In this document: positions 57,679 to 63,238 of the stretch, piece by piece
Position numbering within the stretch: the stretch's first letter is position 1
Layout: each line of letters starts with the position of its first letter
Virus record (IMG/VR): IMGVR_UViG_3300044641_005643
Source: a virus
Reading direction: 5' to 3' (one strand)
DNA length: 64,000 bases
Position numbers and translations under genes: made by a program
Notes under the pieces: model-generated
Seen by the model: only the letters and a program-made list of their open reading frames with translations
Told to the model about the DNA's origin: nothing
The model's database searches: none

Positions 57679-57930
57679 TTAATTTTCTCTAACGTCTTTG
57701 GCATCAACACAAGTTTCACCTTTGAACACATATACATCGCTATCAACTCTGAGTTGTTCAAATACTTGATTATTCACACATATAAATGGATCTTTGTGAT
57801 TTTCCATATAAAAGAATACTCCATAACCAATACCCGCCAATACCATTAGAATGGGGATATATTTTAGATACTTTACAATTTCGGGCATGGCACCCAAAAT
57901 TTGTGGCAAGTTTTTGAGCAGTTCTTTCAT
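57679..57930 (-). CDS. membrane-anchored hypothetical protein
   Basis: TAAATA-N5-ATG; one TM segment. Confidence 0.6.
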   Translation of the reverse strand: MKELLKNLPQILGAMPEIVKYLKYIPILMVLAGIGYGVFFYMENHKDPFICVNNQVFEQLRVDSDVYVFKGETCVDAKDVREN

Positions 57931-57943
57931 GCTCGTATTTATG

Positions 57944-58018
57944 TGGCACACCGTAGGAGAATCGAACTCCTCTTACCTGCGTGAAAGGCGGGTGTCCTAA
58001 CCGATAGACGAACGGTGC
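57944..58018 (-). tRNA. tRNA-Glu (TTC)
   Basis: cloverleaf, CCA. Confidence 0.92.
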
Positions 58019-58029
58019 ATAAAATTTAA

Positions 58030-58330
58030 TGCTAACAAGGAACTGACTGTTACATGATGCCGAAGTCATTACTGCATCAAACCCTTGCTGAACCCGCATT
58101 GCGGGACGATTCGCACTCAATCGTTTTTGATCTAAATCTTGCTTAGGCCACGCTTTTCCACAGTCGCCCCTATGCTGGAGTTGTTACCCTGTCCATCCCA
58201 TTTATTCTCGTGTCTGTGTGCAGTTGGGATTCTGCCTAGCAGTGTCTGAGGGGTTGCCTCGCTAACGGTTTACTGCCACCGGGTCAATTATCGTCGCCAC
58301 ACGCTACTTTCAGGAAAGTAGTAACCGGAA
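58030..58330 (-). ncRNA. candidate structured ncRNA(s) inside the tRNA array
   Basis: about 300 nt without a credible ORF; many stems and a possible AUCCCA/UGGGAU pseudoknot. Confidence 0.5.
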
Positions 58331-58331
58331 A

Positions 58332-58412
58332 CCATATTGAAACACACTCAATACTCTTATACGCCCGTGCCTTGCAAGCCGTTAAAATATAAGCGAATGT
58401 GTTTTAATATGG
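58332..58412 (-). repeat. long imperfect inverted repeat directly 3' of tRNA-Leu
   Basis: ccatattgaaacacactc / gaatgtgttttaatatgg plus inner cttata/tataag. Confidence 0.7.
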
Positions 58413-58494
58413 TGCGGATGAAAGGAATCGAACCTTCACGTATTTCTACGCTAGAACCTAAATCTAGTGCGTCTACCTATTTCGCCACATCCGC
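58410..58494 (-). tRNA. tRNA-Leu (TAG)
   Basis: type II cloverleaf, CCA. Confidence 0.93.
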
Positions 58495-58539
58495 ATTTAC
58501 TGCTCAATTGTTAATGAACGTTTACTACACTATTTCATT

Positions 58540-58568
58540 ATTATAGCAATTTGTTCATTTTAGGTCTA
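58540..58568 (-). promoter_or_regulatory. sigma70-type promoter
   Basis: TAGACC-N17-TATAAT with extended -10 TG. Confidence 0.65.
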
Positions 58569-58615
58569 CTATTATGTGTGTTGTATTTTAGCCACACAGT
58601 TGCTATTTTGTTAAC

Positions 58616-58691
58616 TGGTAGTAGAGGAGGGACTCGAACCCACGATACGCACCGTATGAAGGTGCTGCATTGGCCGCTATGCTACTCTACC
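58616..58691 (-). tRNA. tRNA-Met (CAT), elongator-type
   Basis: cloverleaf, paired 1:72, CCA. Confidence 0.85.
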
Positions 58692-58692
58692 G

Positions 58693-58769
58693 TGGTACCC
58701 ACTCTTGGAATTGAACCAAGGACCCCAACCTTATCAAGATTGTGCTCTCACCAACTGAGCTAAGTGGGC
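58693..58769 (-). tRNA. tRNA-Ile (GAT)
   Basis: cloverleaf, CCA. Confidence 0.92.
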
Positions 58770-58775
58770 ATAAAC

Positions 58776-58850
58776 TGGCCGGTCCTGACAGATTCGAACT
58801 GCCGACAGCTGGTTTCGAAGACCAGAACTCTTCCGCTGAACTAAGGACCG
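58776..58850 (-). tRNA. tRNA-Arg (TCG)
   Basis: cloverleaf, CCA. Confidence 0.9.
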
Positions 58851-58852
58851 TA

Positions 58853-58928
58853 TGGGGTATCCGACCGGTATCGATCCGGTACTACCTGTTTCACAGACAA
58901 GTGTGCAGGCCACTACACTACGGACACC
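58853..58928 (-). tRNA. tRNA-His (GTG)
   Basis: G-1:C73, CCA; T-loop ATCGATA. Confidence 0.92.
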
Positions 58929-58933
58929 ACGGG

Positions 58934-59004
58934 CAGGGATACTAGGATTTGAACCTAGACTAACAGAGTCAAAGTCTGCGGTGCTGCCGTTACACTATAT
59001 CCCA
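58934..59004 (-). tRNA. tRNA-Gln (TTG)
   Basis: cloverleaf, U1:U72, G73; no encoded CCA (reads CCC). Confidence 0.88.
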
Positions 59005-59011
59005 ACTGAAC

Positions 59012-59593
59012 TTATAAATTTCCTAATAATCTTTTTGCTCTTTCATAATTATTACCTTTTGCTGCAATACCTGCTTTCAATAAGCCTTGCCGTATATTAG
59101 GCGATTCATTTATGCACTCAAGTAAAAACTCATCAGTTATATCATTAGCACCGTTCTTAGCAGGTTTATTTCTGCCTCTCCAAGTATCTGTGATACTATG
59201 ACAATTTGGACATAATCCTTCTAAGTTTTCTCTAGTATTGTTTTGATTATTGCCATCCTTATGCTCTAACTCCAGGACAATCTTAAATCCCTGCCACTCA
59301 CTAATACCGCAACAATTACAACGATGTTCTTGTTCTTCAAACACTCTACGGCGTTTATTTTCCATTCCAAGTTCTTCAAACGGAGTCGCTAGGTACTTTT
59401 GAAGTCTAGTTTCTCTTAGTTTTTGTGCTGCTTTTTCCCTATCATAGGGAGTTTGTTTAGAAGGTTTTCCTTTTAGTGCTAAACTTTTTTTAAGTTTTGC
59501 TTCTTCTGAGAATACTCTACTGTTAGCACATGTTCTTGAACAATACACTCCTACTTTTGTATGTTCTTTATTGCATTTAGGACATTGTTTCAT
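59012..59593 (-). CDS. HNH homing endonuclease (free-standing, in the tRNA array)
   Basis: N-terminal CxxC...CSxxC zinc finger; LEHKDGN..NN..ENL..LCPNCH. Confidence 0.9.
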   Translation of the reverse strand: MKQCPKCNKEHTKVGVYCSRTCANSRVFSEEAKLKKSLALKGKPSKQTPYDREKAAQKLRETRLQKYLATPFEELGMENKRRRVFEEQEHRCNCCGISEWQGFKIVLELEHKDGNNQNNTRENLEGLCPNCHSITDTWRGRNKPAKNGANDITDEFLLECINESPNIRQGLLKAGIAAKGNNYERAKRLLGNL

Positions 59594-59647
59594 ATCGAAC
59601 CTTGTTAAATATAACTTTATTTATCTAAGTTCGATATGAAACAATGT
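59582..59647 (-). promoter_or_regulatory. translation-blocking hairpin with a late promoter in its loop
   Basis: perfect 19-bp inverted repeat covering the HNH ATG; TAAATA at 59618-59623. Confidence 0.75.
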
Positions 59648-59650
59648 AAA

Positions 59651-59725
59651 TGGTGAGGGCAGAGAATTACGATATCTCGACCTACTGGTTAAAAGCCAGT
59701 TGCTCTTCCTCTGAGCTATGCCCCC
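59651..59725 (-). tRNA. tRNA-Lys (TTT)
   Basis: cloverleaf, CCA; T-loop ATCGTAA. Confidence 0.9.
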
Positions 59726-59941
59726 ATTCGAATTCCATATAGTTGGAACATCAATGCTGCTAATTTATGCTTGTTTTGATATGTCCAACCATATCGTAGC
59801 AAGCCCTTCTTGACACTGTCCATGACAGGATCTCCTCTAAAACTGTAATGTACTACTTCGATGAATTTTTGTCAAGCCATAATAACAAAACAAATACTCC
59901 TAATACAACTGTCACAGCCCCATTTTGTTTCCTCCTCGAAG

Positions 59942-60118
59942 TTATTTTAACGGAATACAACCCGCGCTAGTTCTATAATTTTCAATGCGAATAGTTTTTA
60001 CTGCTTGTTCTCGGGCTCTCATACAAGTTTCATAATCATTGTACTTCGCCGTAATACTACCACTGCTAGTCGTGGTACCGGGGGTAGCACTGAACAATGA
60101 AATTACTAGTATCCACAT
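59942..60118 (-). CDS. small secreted or membrane protein
   Basis: AAGGAG RBS before MWILVISL; Cys pair; pattern similar to 51040..51237. Confidence 0.6.
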   Translation of the reverse strand: MWILVISLFSATPGTTTSSGSITAKYNDYETCMRAREQAVKTIRIENYRTSAGCIPLK

Positions 60119-60177
60119 ATAGTCTCCTTTAAATAAATCTATAATTTTTAACAAATACAACAAAGTTAAATATCTTA

Positions 60178-60813
60178 ATGTATGCCACCATTACAAAAGA
60201 AAAATTTTTATCAGAAGCAGAAATAAATTTTATTGTTAATGATATCTATAATAATGGTTTTCATTATAATGACATAGTTGATAATAAATTACACAGTTTT
60301 TATAAACCATGGCGATATTACAATAAAAATTTTGAACTTATAAAGAACATTCTAGATCCAAAATTGAAAGAAATTTTGGACTATGATTTCGTCATTGATC
60401 ACAGTCATATGCTAGACAGTCACGTACCCTATAGTATTCACACAGATTATTGGCAAGTAAAAAACTTTAGGCAATTAGAGCCGGCTCACTCAATTATAAT
60501 TCCATTAGACAATTACAATTCGAATACAGTAATTTTTAATGAAAACTCAAAAATCAAAAGACTAGATGAATACATAAACCAAGAAAATCCTCAGCGTAAT
60601 ATCACAAAAATCTCAACAGACCTCGTAAAAAATTACCTTTCTCATATAGATAAAGATCTATTAGATTATCTATCAATAAAAGAAATTTTAAAATGGAACA
60701 AAGGTTGCCTTATTGCATTTGATAGAAAATATTTTCATTGTAGTGACAATTATTCTGCCAACGGTTTAAGTGGCAAAAAAGCCTTGATTTTATGGACTTC
60801 AACAAAAATTTAA
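60178..60813 (+). CDS. putative 2OG-Fe(II) oxygenase-like protein
   Basis: HTD...YFHC pattern; AT-rich; TAAATA-N5-ATG. Confidence 0.5.
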   Translation: MYATITKEKFLSEAEINFIVNDIYNNGFHYNDIVDNKLHSFYKPWRYYNKNFELIKNILDPKLKEILDYDFVIDHSHMLDSHVPYSIHTDYWQVKNFRQLEPAHSIIIPLDNYNSNTVIFNENSKIKRLDEYINQENPQRNITKISTDLVKNYLSHIDKDLLDYLSIKEILKWNKGCLIAFDRKYFHCSDNYSANGLSGKKALILWTSTKI

Positions 60814-60822
60814 AAATTTATA

Positions 60823-60896
60823 TGGAGCAGGATACCAGAGTCGAACTGGTGACTGGACGTTGGCAACGTGCCGTTTTACCCCTAAACTAATCCTGC
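60823..60896 (-). tRNA. tRNA-Gly (GCC)
   Basis: cloverleaf, U73, CCA. Confidence 0.92.
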
Positions 60897-60904
60897 TTTG
60901 TTCT

Positions 60905-60999
60905 TGGTAGTAGGCCAGGGATTCGAACCCTGTCGTTCCAGCCCATCTGACCAGTCTCCACGGTTTATAAGTCCGCGCCGCATACCAATGCTGCCTACC
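60905..60999 (-). tRNA. non-canonical tRNA(-like) RNA, TAT anticodon (Ile)
   Basis: acceptor stem, T arm and CCA normal; 4-nt D loop, very long variable region. Confidence 0.65.
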
Positions 61000-61080
61000 A
61001 TTCGCACACTCTGAATACAAAGTGTATGATTGAACAGACTATTTTATGTAAAATGCAAAAAAATAAAAATAAATATAAAC

Positions 61081-61857
61081 ATGAATAAAACCCAGTTTTT
61101 ATCAATAAATCAGCATGTAATCAAAGATAAAATAGTTTTAGACTTGGCTTGTCATATTGGAGTTAGCACAAAAATTATTCAAGATTTAGGTGCAAAATAT
61201 GTTTATGGTCTCGAAGGTCGAGAAAATTTAGTGCAAACTGCTCTACAAAGTGTCAATGGTAATGTCGAATTTATCGTAGGAGACATGACAGATAGTGCAG
61301 TTATTCTTCCATTGGTTAAAAAAAGCCAGACCATAGTCTGTATAGGATCATTATATCATTTATATGATCATTTCAGATTTTTCCAATATATTTTCCAACC
61401 ACATGTGGAATACTGTATTATAAGTACTTTGTTCGGGCCAGAATCAATTAATCCAGAAATGTGGTGGGGTTTCGAAAACACTCATGATATCCATAACGGG
61501 TTTTACAAAAATTTACCTATTATCCCACATGGCACTCCCAATCTTTCCTGGATTCTAAATTCAGCAAAAATTTTTGGATTTGAATGTGATTGGATACACT
61601 GTTATGGCAAAAAAGTGACCAAAGCAATTTCCCAAATCACAGTAGAGGAATATTTAAGTGTAGCTGGAGACGATTGGCCTCCGTATGAAGATATAATAAG
61701 TGGTCAAAAACTTCCTGTTTTTGTACAGCAAGAGCTTGATCAAATGTTACATGATTATCCTTCTGAAGATCGCAGAATGATCTTGAGACTATATAATTCC
61801 AAGCTAATCAAATCCAAACCAATACAATTAAAAGAAAATTATAAATGGCCGTTTTGA
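61081..61857 (+). CDS. class I SAM-dependent methyltransferase
   Basis: VLDLACHIG motif I, GLEGR, GSLYH; TAAATA-N5-ATG at 61081. Confidence 0.75.
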   Translation: MNKTQFLSINQHVIKDKIVLDLACHIGVSTKIIQDLGAKYVYGLEGRENLVQTALQSVNGNVEFIVGDMTDSAVILPLVKKSQTIVCIGSLYHLYDHFRFFQYIFQPHVEYCIISTLFGPESINPEMWWGFENTHDIHNGFYKNLPIIPHGTPNLSWILNSAKIFGFECDWIHCYGKKVTKAISQITVEEYLSVAGDDWPPYEDIISGQKLPVFVQQELDQMLHDYPSEDRRMILRLYNSKLIKSKPIQLKENYKWPF

Positions 61858-61884
61858 ATTACACAGATTTAGATAAATTAGTAT

Positions 61885-62070
61885 CAGACTAGTTGCTACG
61901 GTGATAGCAGTGGCCGCGGTCAATGCGGGTGGGATTACAAGCCCCCAAATGCTCTTCTAATCTGCTCAATCATTCCCGTTTTACTCAGCTGTTACCGCCA
62001 GCAGTTTCATCAGGGGCTCCGCCCGTTTGGCATGTTCGAGTGCTGCCGCGGCCTCGTTCCGCATTCACTT
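61885..62070 (-). ncRNA. candidate pseudoknotted ncRNA
   Basis: AAUGCGG/CCGCAUU and GGCCGCGG/CCGCGGCC long-range stems in crossing order; GC-rich, non-coding. Confidence 0.5.
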
Positions 62071-62072
62071 TG

Positions 62073-62237
62073 CTACTTGTGTCGTCGAGTTAGACGCAAT
62101 TTTTCTAATTGTTCTGATTGCTCGCGCAATCTTTGCATTTTACCTTTTAACAATTCTTCAAGCAATCTATCGTTAAAAACAAAATCACGTTCTTCTAACT
62201 TTTTTTGAAACGACACGATGTCTTGTTCGTTTGTCAT
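62073..62237 (-). CDS. 54-aa charged helical protein downstream of the attenuator
   Basis: MTNEQDIVSFQKKLEERDF...; AAGGTGGAG upstream; not in the ORF track. Confidence 0.5.
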   Translation of the reverse strand: MTNEQDIVSFQKKLEERDFVFNDRLLEELLKGKMQRLREQSEQLEKLRLTRRHK

Positions 62238-62250
62238 CTCCACCTTTATA

Positions 62251-62286
62251 AAACAAAAACCCCAGGGTTTTGATTCCTGGGGTTTT
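62251..62286 (-). terminator. attenuator terminator
   Basis: AAACCCCAGG-loop-CCUGGGGUUUUUGUUUU. Confidence 0.85.
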
Positions 62287-62308
62287 ATAGAATTTAGTTC
62301 TACTACAC

Positions 62309-62422
62309 TTAGGTTCTATATTTCCCCAGCACACGATTACTATCACGTGTAATCATACCCCAGTAGGCCACTTGCCCCGATTCGGGTTGTATAAACGCTT
62401 TATGTAATAGTGCGGAGTTCAT
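62309..62422 (-). CDS. 37-aa putative leader peptide
   Basis: MNSALLHKAFIQPESGQVAYWGMITRDSNRVLGKYRT*, between a promoter and a terminator; last codons form the antiterminator arm. Confidence 0.6.
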   Translation of the reverse strand: MNSALLHKAFIQPESGQVAYWGMITRDSNRVLGKYRT

Positions 62423-62432
62423 TATAGTCTCT

Positions 62433-62461
62433 ATTGTAGTTTTATTTATGTTTGTTGTCAA
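62433..62461 (-). promoter_or_regulatory. sigma70 promoter with an embedded TAAATA late-type motif
   Basis: TTGACA-N17-TACAAT; spacer contains ATAAATA. Confidence 0.75.
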
Positions 62462-62549
62462 TAGATATTTTTCCAAATTTTGTTGCTTTTCTGTTAATTA
62501 ACAAACAATTAACGATTTGGTTTTGAAGTCACGATTGGTAAATAATTAT

Positions 62550-63032
62550 ATGTTAAAACACATTCATCACATCGTTCCTAAGTATATGGGAGGAACTGAC
62601 GATCCGTCAAATCTTGTGGAACTCACAGTAGAAGAACACGCCGAGGCTCACAGATTGTTATATGAGCAGCACGGAAATTGGCAAGACAGAATAGCTTGGT
62701 TATCACTAAGCGGACAAATTGGAAAAGATGAAGCTATACAAGAGGCCAGAGGTGCTGCTAATCGTGGAAGAAAAAGAACACCAGAACAATTAGAAAATAT
62801 GCGTAAAGCATCAAAAGCAAGAGCAGAACGACATATGTCTGATCCTGAGTTTTGGGCTGAGATTAATAGAAAAAGATCAGAATCACATAAAGGTAAGAAA
62901 AAATCCGCAGAGCATATGGCAAATTGGGCTGCTTCTCGTAAAGGACATGTAGTGTCAGAAGAAACACGAGAAAAAATTAGAAAAACACTTTCTGAAACTA
63001 GAGCCAAAAAGAAAGCCCTACTCGAGGGCTAA
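62550..63032 (+). CDS. HNH endonuclease with NUMOD3-like DNA-binding repeats
   Basis: HHIVPK..GG.DD..NL..LT..EH...H; KGKKKS.EH and SEETREKI repeats; TAAATA-N5-ATG. Confidence 0.88.
   Translation: MLKHIHHIVPKYMGGTDDPSNLVELTVEEHAEAHRLLYEQHGNWQDRIAWLSLSGQIGKDEAIQEARGAANRGRKRTPEQLENMRKASKARAERHMSDPEFWAEINRKRSESHKGKKKSAEHMANWAASRKGHVVSEETREKIRKTLSETRAKKKALLEG
63006..63030 (-). terminator. probable terminator after pqqA
   Basis: AGCCCU-loop-AGGGCU followed by UUCUUUUU. Confidence 0.55.
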
Positions 63033-63051
63033 CTTTTGAATAAACTTTATA

Positions 63052-63126
63052 TTAGCGGTTAGCAATATAAAGGGTAATCTCGAAGCCGAAACGCATATCG
63101 TTTGCTTGTGGTGTAGTCCATGCCAT
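63052..63126 (-). CDS. pqqA: pyrroloquinoline quinone precursor peptide PqqA
   Basis: MAWTTPQANDMRFGFEITLYIANR*: W-x-x-P, R-F-G-F-E-x-x-x-Y; AAGGAG RBS 8 nt upstream; not in the ORF track. Confidence 0.95.
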   Translation of the reverse strand: MAWTTPQANDMRFGFEITLYIANR

Positions 63127-63238
63127 TTTTATTTCTCCTTGAAAAAATAACATACTGCATTAGTATGTATCTCTATTGTAAGACAAATCTGGCACAAACC
63201 ACATCCATACAGTCATGATTTTACGCTACGTAAAATCA

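Noticed and set aside
58030-58330. tmRNA or RNase P RNA
   Set aside because: No tRNA-Ala-like ends or tag frame; no GAGGAAAGUCC P4 signature
59855-59940. Three-codon minigene (MGL*) after GAGGAGG coupled to a 20-aa hydrophobic ORF
   Set aside because: Too short to distinguish from chance without conservation data
53464-61020. Tracked ORFs overlapping tRNA genes (e.g. 53464..53712, 53720..53911, 57770..58120, 58551..59100, 60799..61020)
   Set aside because: They are translations of tRNA sequence and lack RBS or protein-like features
61905-61985. Cobalamin riboswitch (AAACGGGAA and GCCACUG fragments)
   Set aside because: Remaining core elements are missing and there is no downstream gene on that strand to regulate
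61985-62016. Hammerhead ribozyme (CUGAUGA on the minus strand)
   Set aside because: No properly placed stem II followed by GAAA, and no cleavage-site helix arrangement
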